From Phycisphaerae bacterium (GTDB lineage Bacteria > Planctomycetota > Phycisphaerae > UBA1845): 64,000 nucleotides of DNA. How positions within the stretch are numbered: position 1 is the first letter of the stretch; each line of letters starts with the position of its first letter. The notes under the pieces are model-generated. The model did no database searches. It worked only from the letters and a program-made list of their open reading frames with translations, and had not been told where the DNA came from. Shown piece by piece: positions 1 through 10,078 of this stretch. Made by a program: the position numbers and the translations under genes. Where the stretch lies: contig CAXXGO010000001.1 of NCBI GenBank assembly GCA_963666835.2, positions 352,001-416,000 of the forward strand, written 5' to 3'.

Positions 1-111
1 ACGGATCCGCTGCTCATATTGTATTGTGCAATAGAGAGACGCACCTGCAATGCACATGAACAAAACCGCCAAGCCACCTGCGAAACACCGAGCAAAGCTG
101 TGCATCACCAT
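1..111 (-). CDS. Possible 5' end of a membrane or secreted protein gene running off the left edge
   Basis: Open minus frame MVMHSFARCFAGGLAVLFMCIAGASLYCTIQYEQRIR reaches position 1; hydrophobic N-terminal stretch; GAAGG just upstream. Confidence 0.35.
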   Translation of the reverse strand, partial: MVMHSFARCFAGGLAVLFMCIAGASLYCTIQYEQRIR

Positions 112-448
112 GCCTTCGTGTACATGCGTACGCTGACATCAATCGCATTCCACCAGGGTACTCTAACAGAACTCCACGCGCGCTGCCACCGGAGGAGCAG
201 ACGACGGACGACCAAAAACGCCAGCGGAGAATTGTGACGCCTCCAGTCTCGCGGCCAATTGATGCGGACCCGCCACGGTATAATCGGCCGTAATCGCGTG
301 ATTCCCATGCCAGGCATAGCCACTCAGGCGCGGGACCGCTCAATCTCAGAGACCAAATGGCGGGGCCAGCCCCCGCGGGGCTAACCCCGGTGACTTTGCT
401 TGAAGGCATAGGTTTTGCGTCATTCTGTTCGTTACGCGGCATACTGCA

Positions 449-890
449 GGCAGGATGCCTGCGCTACGCGAAGGACGCCGGCGCGGGTCGATGCGTGGCC
501 CGAAGAGGCTTAACAACATAGCCCAGGGTCGGTCCCGGCTTGCCGGGACGCCACCCTGCGTATCGGAACGTCAAATCCGATCGAGCCCTGCAAGGGTTCC
601 ACAAACCGAAGGCCATTGTTCAACCCGCTTCGGGGTCGGTGTTTAAAGGGACTTTGTGCCCCAGGGTCGCACTTCGCGGCTGCGCCGCTTCGTTTACCCT
701 CGGCTTTGCTGTTAAACTCCTTCGGCGTAAGTCCGGAAGGTGCACGTCGCGCGGAAACCACGGCCGGCGCATGACTCGGGGTCAGGATGGGACGCTAACC
801 CTTTCCTGTACGGCTCCTTCATCCGCTACTCCATGCCGGTTTATCCCGGCGCTTTCCAGGTCTCGTGCCTCGACCGTGCCCTACGGGACT
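449..890. repeat. Cluster of REP/REPIN-like palindromic repeats
   Basis: GCCCAGGGT...ACCCT hairpins; CGCGGCTGCGCCGCTTCGTTTACCCT also at ~33503; inverted GTAG-REP copy at 857-884; GCAGGATGCCTGCG also at ~3682. Confidence 0.7.
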
Positions 891-1194
891 GCGGCAACAT
901 CACGCGGAAGGTGACGCAGCTTGCGGATTCCGAGCCAGAAGAGCCGCGCATCCGTTCAAGCTGCCGGTCTTCCTCCAACGGTCGCGCGGCCTTGCGGTTC
1001 TTAGGATCGCAGCCGGCGTGACTTCGGATAACCACAAGGCAGTGGAGAGTGTCCCCCAATCGGTCGCCTCCAGGAATCTGCCGCTTAGGCCTTTCCATGC
1101 TCTCTGCCACTTGATATAGTGGACCGCTCAATCCCCGGCACAGGGTGAGTGTGCGCTTACAAATCCGGAATCCCAATCAGAGGAAGGAGCAATC

Positions 1195-3216
1195 ATGGCG
1201 GGAAGTCTGCGACTACGGTGCGGTTTGATTGGTGTGGTTCTAACGACGGCGGCCACATTGGGAGCGGAACTCTCCGTCCCCGACGATCCGCTCTTAGCAG
1301 AGCAGTGGGGGCTACACAACGTCGGGCAGGAGGTGGCCGGGATAGCCGGGACGCCCGGAGCTGACGTCGCAGCCCTCAAGGCCTGGGCCGATTACTACCC
1401 GACTCGCCCGGTGACTGTGGCGATTGTCGGCACGGGGGTCGACCCGCATCCGGAGTTCGCCGATCGGCTCCTCGAGGGCTACGCGATCGTCGGCGATCCC
1501 TACAACAGTCTGGACATCGGCGTGTCCGATCCGCTCGGGACATACGTGGCCGGGGTGGTGGCGGCCTCGCGGGGTAATGCGGTGGGAATCGCCGGGGTGG
1601 ATGACACGGTCCGACTGCTGCCGGTCCGGGTGTTCGCGGAGGGCACCGGCAGTGAGATTGCGGTGGCCGCGGGCATTGTCTGGGCGGTTGATAACGACGC
1701 CGATGTGGTCCTGGTTCCTCTGCAATACTATGGTGGCTCGCAGGCTCTTCAGGATGCCGTCGCATACGCGTATGCCCAAGGAGTGCTGGTCATTGCTCCG
1801 ACCGGCAAACAGGGGTATTCGTCGCTGGCCTACCCGGCGGCGTTCGACGGGTGTCTGGCGATAGCGGCCACGACTAACCGCGACGAGCGGGCGGACTTCT
1901 CGAACTACGGCGTCGGGGTGGACTTAGCCGCACCGGGTTGGAATGTTCTTTCCACCTGGCGGCCAGATACTTATGCAAGTCTGGAGGTGGCGTGGAACTC
2001 GGCCGCTGCCATGGTGGCCGGGGCTGCGGCGATGGTCCTGTCGCACTCGCCGGGGTTAAGCCCGATCGAGGCCGGGCAGGTCTTGTTGGACTCGGCGGAC
2101 GACCTCGGAGACCCAAGCTTCTTCGGGCATGGGCGTTTGAATATCGCCGCGGCTTTGACGCTGGCCCCGGCACCGGCCGTGCGGTTTGAGCATGTGGGCG
2201 CGGTTCCGAGCACTATTGAGGCCGATACGCCGGCGATCTTCTTCGTGCGTGTTTCAGATGGGTCGCAGGCAGTGGTGCTCGGCTCGGTGCGTTTATGGTA
2301 TCGCACACCGGGCGGGGCGTTTCGTGCCCGGGTCCCGGCGGCGGCCGGCGGAATGTATACCGTGGAGTTGCCGCCGGTGTTGTGCGATGAAGTTGTCGAG
2401 TTCTACCTCGCGGCCGCCGGCGACGGCGGCACGACGGTTTTCGATCCGCCGGGCGGGTCTGCGGAGCCGTATACCGCCCACGCGGCCGAGCGCGTATTGC
2501 TGTTCGCCGACGACTTCGAAACGGCGCAGCCGGGGTGGACCGCCGTTGCGGAAGGGGTGAACCCGACGGGTTTGTGGGAGCGCGCCGTTCCGGTGGGTAC
2601 GACGGCCCAGCCCGGCTTCGACCGCACTCCGAATGCCGGAACGTCTTGCTATATCACCGGTCAACACCACGGCGGGCATGACGGAACGAACGATGTCGAC
2701 GGCGGTCCGGTTCGGCTACTCAGCCCGCCGGTGGCGATTGCCGGGGAGTATGACATCGAGGTGCGTTATGCGCAGTGGTTCCATTCATCCGGTGACGATG
2801 TGGACGAGATGGTCGTGGAGTTCTCCTGTGACAACGGCGTGTCATGGCAGGTTGCGGACGTGGTCGAACCGACCGCCGGCTGGGAGTTTCACAGCTTTCG
2901 TCTCGGTGATCTTCCCGGGGTGACCAGTGACGAGCTACGGGTCCGATGGTCCGTGGCCGACGCTGGGGATCCATCACTGACCGAAGCGGCGATTGACGAG
3001 TTTGCGGTATGGGCGATACGCTGCGGATCGTTGAAAGGCGACTTCGACGGTGACGGCGACGTGGATCTTGACGACTGTGCGGCGTTTCCCGAATGCCTGG
3101 TCGGCCCGCTGGAGACTCCGGGCAACCAGGCCTGCGCCGCGTTCGACTATGATAACGACGGCGACGTCGACCTGCCGGATACGGCGAAGCTGCAACGGTC
3201 GTTTGACGTGCCATAG
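1195..3216 (+). CDS. Secreted S8 subtilase-fold protein, probably catalytically inactive, with beta-sandwich modules and C-terminal dockerin-like Ca-binding repeats
   Basis: Signal peptide; PDDP..QWGLHN, YPAA, FSNYG, DLAAPG, FFGHGRLN subtilase motifs; triad motifs degenerate; GDFDGDGDVDLDD and FDYDNDGDVDLPD tail; AAGGAG RBS. Confidence 0.85.
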   Translation: MAGSLRLRCGLIGVVLTTAATLGAELSVPDDPLLAEQWGLHNVGQEVAGIAGTPGADVAALKAWADYYPTRPVTVAIVGTGVDPHPEFADRLLEGYAIVGDPYNSLDIGVSDPLGTYVAGVVAASRGNAVGIAGVDDTVRLLPVRVFAEGTGSEIAVAAGIVWAVDNDADVVLVPLQYYGGSQALQDAVAYAYAQGVLVIAPTGKQGYSSLAYPAAFDGCLAIAATTNRDERADFSNYGVGVDLAAPGWNVLSTWRPDTYASLEVAWNSAAAMVAGAAAMVLSHSPGLSPIEAGQVLLDSADDLGDPSFFGHGRLNIAAALTLAPAPAVRFEHVGAVPSTIEADTPAIFFVRVSDGSQAVVLGSVRLWYRTPGGAFRARVPAAAGGMYTVELPPVLCDEVVEFYLAAAGDGGTTVFDPPGGSAEPYTAHAAERVLLFADDFETAQPGWTAVAEGVNPTGLWERAVPVGTTAQPGFDRTPNAGTSCYITGQHHGGHDGTNDVDGGPVRLLSPPVAIAGEYDIEVRYAQWFHSSGDDVDEMVVEFSCDNGVSWQVADVVEPTAGWEFHSFRLGDLPGVTSDELRVRWSVADAGDPSLTEAAIDEFAVWAIRCGSLKGDFDGDGDVDLDDCAAFPECLVGPLETPGNQACAAFDYDNDGDVDLPDTAKLQRSFDVP

Positions 3217-3309
3217 AAGGAGCACGGCGACGACCGCCTATCATCCTGCGGCGCCGGCATTGAGACGGGCGTCTTCTATGACGGTATGGTGTCACTATGA
3301 GTCTGGTAG

Positions 3310-3723
3310 CATGGGTCAACTTGTTGACCCGTGTTACGCAAGCGGCGCCATTTGTAGGGCATGGTCGAGGTACGAGACCTGCCGCGGCCCTTGTATGACA
3401 GACAGTATCGCAACAGGTGGCCCGCCTCTTCAGAGGTGGGGGACTCGAAATGTGTCTAGCTTTGTAGGGCAGGTCGAGGCACGAGACCTGCCGCAACGGC
3501 GTGCATTGTCCAAAGCCATGGACGGGTGGCCCACCTCGTTAGAGGTGGTGGACTCGGAATGTGTTTAGCTTTGTAGGGCACGGTACGAGACCTGCCGCAA
3601 GAACGGTAGAGTCCGCTGTGCGGACCGTTTGGTTCCGGGTTCTGCCGCGCGTTGTTTTGTGCGTTGTGCGACGTGCTGCAGGCAGGATGCCTGCGTTACG
3701 TGATGGCGTCCCCCACCGCTAAA
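3310..3723. repeat. REP cluster (GTAGGGCA..GAGACCTGCC x3, CCCACC..GGTGGG hairpins, GGGTCAACTTGTTGACCC)
   Basis: Copies at 3354-3383, 3464-3492 and 3573-3596 alternate with hairpins at ~3416-3447 and ~3523-3556; the same motifs recur at 23.8-24.1 kb, 32.5-34.1 kb and 50.9-51.1 kb. Confidence 0.8.
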
Positions 3724-5570
3724 GGGCCTGTCGGTTTAGTCGCAGCAGACGGAGTATGGGTGAGCGATCTCCGTGCGGCTCGCGCTGTTGCACGGCTACG
3801 TTCTCCTCATCCAATCCGTGTCATCGTGGGCGTCCCTGGCAGATCAGACTCCCTATCTTCCCTAATAGAACGGTTTTTCCTGCGCGCAAGCCTTTTTAGG
3901 CCTCTTACATGGCTTTGACCCGACCGTCGGCGCGCAGAGCTCCCACTATCGCTATCAGTTTCTTTATGTTGAAGGCTGTGCATGCCCATAACCACTCGGT
4001 TCGGACCTTGTCCAATCCACGTAGCAGAAACTGCCGAAGCCCCATTGCATGCTTGATGACTGCGTTGGGAGTCTCCGCCAGATGCGCCCGCCGTGCGTAG
4101 TCCTTCTTACCGGATGCCGTCTTCAGCCGCGCCGCAACCTTCTGGCGAAGCGGTTCATGTTGATCATGTGAAACCGTTCGCCGCTTGCACTTGCCGGATA
4201 GACAATCTTCCGCCAGCCTGCAACCCTCACATGACAAACACCGATAGACCCGGTATTCCGAATCGGCGCCGTTCTCACGACCCTTCGTCTTGACTTGATC
4301 AAACGTCAGCCGGCGACCCTGTGGGCAGTAATAGCAGTCTTCTTCCCGCTGATAAACGAAGGCGGCGCGGTCCAGCTTTCCCGTCTGACGACGACGAGGA
4401 AGCTTAGCCCAGTCCGCCTCCGGCACCGGGGTACTCGGGTCCGAACGTTCCGCCGGATTGTCATCCGGCAACCGCGAAGTCCCCGTAGGCATCAAAGGTT
4501 CATTCCCCGATCCACCAACGCCGAGAGGTTGCCACCCGTGCCAAACGTTGAATCTGCCACCAACTGCCCGGGTTTCTGACCAAAAGCGGATTCAATACGC
4601 TCGGCCGTGGGGATTACGGCCTCCGCTTCGTTAATCTCGTTGAGCACGTCCCCATCCACGATCATCCCGCACTCATCATCCGCAGCGGCCACTGGATTGT
4701 AATTCGGACCACAGCCGCCCTCTTTGTTGGGCATGATCGTCGAATCCGGGTCAGCCACCGGAACTTTGGCCTTACGTCTCGAAGTGCTTTGGGGCTTGCT
4801 ATGCTTGGCGTCGATCTTCTTCGCAGCCTCCAAAGCCTTATGAAGTTGTTTCTGACGCTTCTTCAGGTCGCCCAATTCAGACGGCAGGGTGTTGACCGAA
4901 ACGCTATCGCCGAACAGATCCCTCTCGCTACGATCTACCTGATCCGCCTCGACCAACACTCTCTCGATCTGCTCGTCCCAAACACGTAATCGTTCTTCAA
5001 GCGTCTTGACAGTGGCCGTCGCATGTGGACTGCTATTCGCTTTGACGCGAGTCCCGTCCAACGCCACCTGATTCAGGCGTATCAATCCCATTTGCATAGC
5101 CACGCGGCCGATCTGTCGGAACAGATCCTTCAGTTCTCATTTGAACCTCGTGCGGAAATCACAGAACGTGGAATGGTCAATGCTCCGTCCTTCCGTCAGC
5201 CACCTGAAGTCGACAGCGTGACCGCACGCCCACTCCAGACGCCGACTCGATCGGATCCCGTTGGTCAGACCGTACAGAATCGCCCCGGCCATGATCTTAG
5301 GATGAATCGGCGGCTGCCCCGCCACCAGAACATAATGTTGCTCCCAGCTTGCCCAATCCAGTCCATCGAGGATTTCCATCAAGAGCCGCACCGAGTGATT
5401 CTCGGGGATGCGGTCTCCCAACGTCTCGGGAATCAGGAGTATTTGGTCTCTGGGCAGCGGGGCTCGGTTCCATCTGCTCATGCTCGTTGCCTCCCTGCGA
5501 CGCCTCTCTTCCTGACGCTCGGCCACGAACACCTGCCATCAAGAACCATGCCAATTAAATCGACAGGCCC
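3724..5570 (-). mobile_element. IS1182-family insertion sequence (1847 bp)
   Basis: Inverted repeats GGGCCTGTCGGTTTA (3724-3738) and TAAATCGACAGGCCC (5556-5570), 14/15 match; TAAA direct repeats at 3720-3723 and 5571-5574. Confidence 0.88.
3905..5481 (-). pseudogene. IS1182-family DDE transposase, disrupted
   Basis: N-terminal GQPPIHPKIM..SSRRLE..DHSTFCDFR, then VALDGTRVKAN, ADSTFG, YYCPQG, YARRAHLAETPN, LRQFLLRGLDKV; in-frame TGA at 5137-5139 and a frameshift near 4495-4503 split it into three ORFs; ATG 5481 with GGAGG RBS. Confidence 0.88.
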
Positions 5571-5705
5571 TAAAGAGGTGGGCCACCCTTCGTTGCCGGG
5601 TCCAGGGATCGCGTAAACAACCAGCCGGCGGGCGGATCGCGGGATCAGCCCGAAGGGCTGAAAGACAGTAGCCGTGGGCATCGCCCACGGACAGCCCCGC
5701 AGACG

Positions 5706-7058
5706 TCAGGCATTTTCGAGAATCTCGTTCAGCTTATCGACGGTGATACCGAGTTCGACGGCGGCTTTGGCTTTGTTGCCGCCCATGAAGCGGACGGTGT
5801 CATCGACGTGGTCCCGCATCACGTCCTTCAGGCTCCGCGGACGAAAGCTGATCAGACTCCGGCGGCCGGAGGTTAAAATGTCGCGCATGTAATGGGCCAG
5901 CGAGTCTATCCCGACCAGTTTGCTCTCGGTGTTGATGACGCTGGTGGCCACGACGTCGCTTAGCTCCTGAACATTGCCGGGGAAGTCGTAGCTCAGCAGC
6001 AGGTCCATCAGTTCGTCGGTGAAGCCGTCCACCTTGCGGTTTACTCTCTTGGCCTCCCTTTGCAGGATGTCGTTGGCCAGAATGGGAATGTCCTTCCTGC
6101 GCTCCCGCAACGGCGGCAAGCGCAGCGAGTTAACCATCAGGTGATAGAGCAGGTCCCGTGAGAAGGTATCTTGGTACTTCTCCACAGTTAAGTCGTGGAG
6201 CGAAGCGACAATAATCCGCACGTCAATCCGGTTGATGCGCGGTGAAGACTCCCGGTAGAACTCCTTTTGTTGAATGACCCGGTTTAGTCTCAACTGGACG
6301 GGGATCGGAAGAAGCTCGATGTTGTTGATGAACAGCGTCCCGCCGTCGGCCTCTTCAAGAAAGCCCGGACGGTTTGGTTTCTCCTGATCTTCTGGGTTGG
6401 CGCCGAAGAACTCCCGGGGGAATTCGTCCATGTTGTGGGCGGCGGCGTCGACGGCGACGAAGGGCCCGTCGCGGCGCGGGCTTGCTCCGTGGATGGCCTT
6501 GGCCAGGGACATCTTCCCCGTTCCTCGTTCGCCGAAGATGAAAACGCACAGATCGCCCGAGGCCATCTTCTCCGCTTGGTGGAAGAGCCGGATCATCAGC
6601 GGAGACTGTGACCGCAGGTGGTCGAAGGCCTCCCGATAGTCCAGATCTTCCCGCTTGAGCTGCGTCGGCAGGTCCTTGATATGGTCCTTCGTAGCGCCGT
6701 GTGTTATAGCCTTGCCGAGCACCTCGATAAGCAGCTCGTCATCGACGGGTTTGGTCAGGTAGTCGAAGGCGCCTCTCTTGAGCGACTTGACCGCCAACTC
6801 CGCGTCGTTCACGCCGCTGAGCACCACCACCGGGAGGCTGATACCTTTTTCGTTGATGTGCTTGATGATGTCCATCCCGCTGAGGTGGGGCATGTCCATA
6901 TCCAGGAGCATCGCGTCGAACTCGTCCTTGGCCAGCAGGTCGGGGACGCCGCGCGGGTCGTTCAGAATCGTCGGCTCGAATTCCCCGGTCTGCATGAGGA
7001 AGACCATCAGGTGGTTCGTCACGGCTACGTCATCGTCAACCAGAAGGAGTTTTTTCAT
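5706..7058 (-). CDS. NtrC-family response regulator (REC-AAA-HTH) with degenerate sigma54-activation motifs
   Basis: LLLVDDD and LLDMDMP receiver; GERGTGK Walker A; ADGGTLF; LPPLRERRKDIP; FPGNVQEL; C-terminal Fis-type HTH GNKAKAAVELGI. Confidence 0.9.
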   Translation of the reverse strand: MKKLLLVDDDVAVTNHLMVFLMQTGEFEPTILNDPRGVPDLLAKDEFDAMLLDMDMPHLSGMDIIKHINEKGISLPVVVLSGVNDAELAVKSLKRGAFDYLTKPVDDELLIEVLGKAITHGATKDHIKDLPTQLKREDLDYREAFDHLRSQSPLMIRLFHQAEKMASGDLCVFIFGERGTGKMSLAKAIHGASPRRDGPFVAVDAAAHNMDEFPREFFGANPEDQEKPNRPGFLEEADGGTLFINNIELLPIPVQLRLNRVIQQKEFYRESSPRINRIDVRIIVASLHDLTVEKYQDTFSRDLLYHLMVNSLRLPPLRERRKDIPILANDILQREAKRVNRKVDGFTDELMDLLLSYDFPGNVQELSDVVATSVINTESKLVGIDSLAHYMRDILTSGRRSLISFRPRSLKDVMRDHVDDTVRFMGGNKAKAAVELGITVDKLNEILENA

Positions 7059-9019
7059 CGTTGTTCTCCGTTGGCGACCCCGGACAGCGCCGGGCTGACG
7101 TTCCCCTCTGCCTTCTTACAGGGGAATTTGATGGTGAAAGTCGTCCCTTCTCCGATTTTGCTCGAGACCGAAATGCTCCCGCCGTGTTCTTCAACGATCC
7201 GATATACGATTGCCAACCCCAACCCCGTTCCGCCGCGGGCTCGCTTGGTGGTGAAGAAGGGGTCGAAGACCTGCTTGATCGTCCGCTCGCTCATCCCGGA
7301 TCCGTTGTCGCGGACTCGCACGACTACCCCGGCATCATCGCGACTGGTGATCACCTCGATCAAGCCCCGGCGATCCTCGGGGATAGCCTGTCCCGCGTTG
7401 ATTATCAGGTTGATCAGGATCTGCTCGATCTTCTGCACGTTCCCCTGGAACTCCGGCAAATCCTCCGCCAGCTCCACCTCGACGTCCGCGGTTTTGTGGA
7501 TCTGGTTATGAGCCAGGCGAACGCTCTCTCTGATTACCGCGTTAAGATCGACTCTGTCGATCAGCAGCCCTTCGTCCCGGCGGGCAAAACGTTTCAACCC
7601 TTCGACAATACCCTTGATGCGTTCGGAACCATTGGCCATGTCATCGATGAGGGTGGTGATGTGCTGGCGGAAGAAGCTGTAATCGAGCCGGGCGATCTTC
7701 AGGTCGGGATGGTCTTCGTAATAGGCGTCGATCAGGGGCAGAATGTCGTCCATCGCCTGCCTGATTATCTTGACGTTGCCGCGGATGAACTGGTTGGGGT
7801 TGTTGATCTCGTGGCCGATTCCGCTGACAAGTTGCCCAAGTGACGCCAGCTTGTCAGCCTGCTGGAGCTGTTGCTCGTAGTTCTTCTGATCGGAGATGTC
7901 CCGATAGAATTCGATGATCCCGTCGACCTCGTGGTTCTTGCTGAAAATGGGCAGAGCGTGGACCTCGAAGAAACGATCGTCGTGCCTGATCTCCAGGCTG
8001 ATCGGCGTCTTTTGTTTCAGGATTCTCGCCAACCGGCAGTCGAGGCAAGGACGGTCGCCGTCGAAGAAGGTCTTATAGCACTTGTCCCCGGCGACGTACT
8101 TGTCGGTGTTGGTCATCAACACTTTGCGATCGCGGTCGATGATCGCCACCGTATCCGGGATGGCCTGGAAAATCGTCTCGAGCCGGGTCTTCGATTCCTG
8201 GAACCCCCGATTGATTCGGTCCATATACGAGTTGACCCGCTCGAGTTCCTCGCGTTCCTTTTTCAGTTCGTCTTGGCGCCTATCGATGTCCTCCCGCAGA
8301 TCCTTCCTCTCCAGAGCCCCGACCAGCATCCGGGCAATCTCGTCCATCATTCGTTGTTCTTCAGGCAGGAACTCTACGTCATTCGAATCATACGCCAACC
8401 AAATGCTGCCGCGGACCTGTCCTCCAACTACAAGATCAGTCGTGATGTACTCGACCGCATCGGGCTTTACGCCGTACTCGCGACCCTCGTAGACGCTGTA
8501 AACGAGCACATGCTCCGGGTAGTGCATGCCGTCACGCAAGTATCGGGGCAGGTGGGTCAGAAATTCGTCGATGGATTTCGACACCTCGACCCATTCCGCA
8601 ACGGCGTAGATGCACGCCAGTTCCTTCGCCCGCTCCAGCCTCTTCCAGTCATCTTTGTACGTCAGATTCTCCAGAGTTGTGAACCGGCTTCCCCACAGCA
8701 AAAAGAGCCGGCCGTTCTCCGTGTCTTCCATGACGGCCCTCAGCGGGATGGAAGGCCGGCCGGGACGCGTCTTCCAGATGATCAACTCCGGCCCGTCATT
8801 ATCCGCAAGTCTCTCTTTCGTGGTGCGGATGACATCAAGAGCGGCTTTTTCGAAGACCTCCTCGGCACGCCGCCCGGACCAATCCGGCTTTCCATCGCCG
8901 ACGGTCTCCTCCGCTAACGCCTCGCTCATGTGGGCGACTTCCCCGGCTTCGGTCAGGATCAAGAGGTAGTCGAAGCTCCTCTGAAACAGGCGGCAGGTGT
9001 CCGCGAAGGTAATGTTCAT
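7055..9019 (-). CDS. Cytoplasmic PAS/GAF sensor histidine kinase
   Basis: HEINNP H-box, NLIINAGQA, DNGSGM, FDPFFTTK, GTGLGL; start placed at ATG 9019 (GGAG upstream); 4-bp overlap with the regulator. Confidence 0.9.
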   Translation of the reverse strand: MNITFADTCRLFQRSFDYLLILTEAGEVAHMSEALAEETVGDGKPDWSGRRAEEVFEKAALDVIRTTKERLADNDGPELIIWKTRPGRPSIPLRAVMEDTENGRLFLLWGSRFTTLENLTYKDDWKRLERAKELACIYAVAEWVEVSKSIDEFLTHLPRYLRDGMHYPEHVLVYSVYEGREYGVKPDAVEYITTDLVVGGQVRGSIWLAYDSNDVEFLPEEQRMMDEIARMLVGALERKDLREDIDRRQDELKKEREELERVNSYMDRINRGFQESKTRLETIFQAIPDTVAIIDRDRKVLMTNTDKYVAGDKCYKTFFDGDRPCLDCRLARILKQKTPISLEIRHDDRFFEVHALPIFSKNHEVDGIIEFYRDISDQKNYEQQLQQADKLASLGQLVSGIGHEINNPNQFIRGNVKIIRQAMDDILPLIDAYYEDHPDLKIARLDYSFFRQHITTLIDDMANGSERIKGIVEGLKRFARRDEGLLIDRVDLNAVIRESVRLAHNQIHKTADVEVELAEDLPEFQGNVQKIEQILINLIINAGQAIPEDRRGLIEVITSRDDAGVVVRVRDNGSGMSERTIKQVFDPFFTTKRARGGTGLGLAIVYRIVEEHGGSISVSSKIGEGTTFTIKFPCKKAEGNVSPALSGVANGEQR

Positions 9020-10078
9020 CTCGGAGTCTCCACAACCCGCCCGCAAGTCGAACGGTGGCGGATTGGCTCTGGGGTGACTGCGGGGCCTCGAAGGAGCGGC
9101 AGAAGCGAATGCCTTGCCCCGGTTGGGCGAGAGAAAACGACTCCATGGGCCGATGCTCGGCGCGGACGACGTCGGTCGCGCGAGCTCATGATGGATACCC
9201 GGACTCGCCCAAGTGCGCCTTGGTCGTACAGTTGTCCGAAATCGCTCAACCGAAACCTCCTCCGCAGAAACTTTCAGAACCATCATACGGGAAAAGCCCG
9301 CCCGTTTCACGGTTCTTCGGACCGAAGACGAATTGCCTCAGCTAAAGTGTCTCTGCAGGCGAAAATGCGCAGTACCCGTTAGCCCGGAACGCCGATCACC
9401 CGCCCTGGGTTTCGTGAGCGATGTCGAATGCGATTCTCGGTTCGCGGGCTAGTCAGAGAAACGGCGCTGATGTTCTCCGAGCATCATCGAGCCACTTTCC
9501 GGCTCCATCATCTGTGCTGGGTTGATACATGTTTGCGCAATGGATGCGACGTTCTCTGACGAGTTGGTCAGCGAAGGCGGGCTGTCATCGTTCGCGCGGC
9601 AGACCGCTGAGTTGATCAGGCAACGGTCGACTCGGTGTGCGGTTGAAGGACGAATGCCTAAATGCTCAGGCGTGCGCGGTATGGCTGCCGACCTTTGGGG
9701 ATTGCACAACTGTCATATCTGAGGTTTCCTAATAACTTCTAGCGAGCGCACTCGTTCGGCATGCCATCCCAAAGGGATTATCTGTAGACTCATCAGCCTA
9801 CAAGGCGCGCGGTTTTGAAAGCCGCAAGCGCCCGTTGATCACCAAGATGCCCCTCTAATGCCACATATCCGACACTTCGGTTATATTCATCGTAGTTTTC
9901 TCTTGACGTGCGGATTATGATGGTGGTATAAGCGGGTATCCGTTTGAGGACCGCGCACGTGGGCCCAGGGGTATGTCCAATCTTGAGCGCGCCAACCTCG
10001 CCGGACAAACCACGATACGGGTGGCATTCATGCCGGCACATGAAGTTCATTTCAGGATCTGCATAAAAGGAGAGAGTA

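Noticed and set aside
5137..5139. Recoded TGA (selenocysteine or alternative code) in the transposase
   Set aside because: The same gene also has a frameshift, and TGA ends many intact genes here
9020..10078. ncRNA, riboswitch or small gene in the 1-kb divergent gap, including palindrome TGTAGACTCATCAGCCTACA near 9783
   Set aside because: No recognisable family motif or convincing ORF; an Rfam/Infernal search is needed
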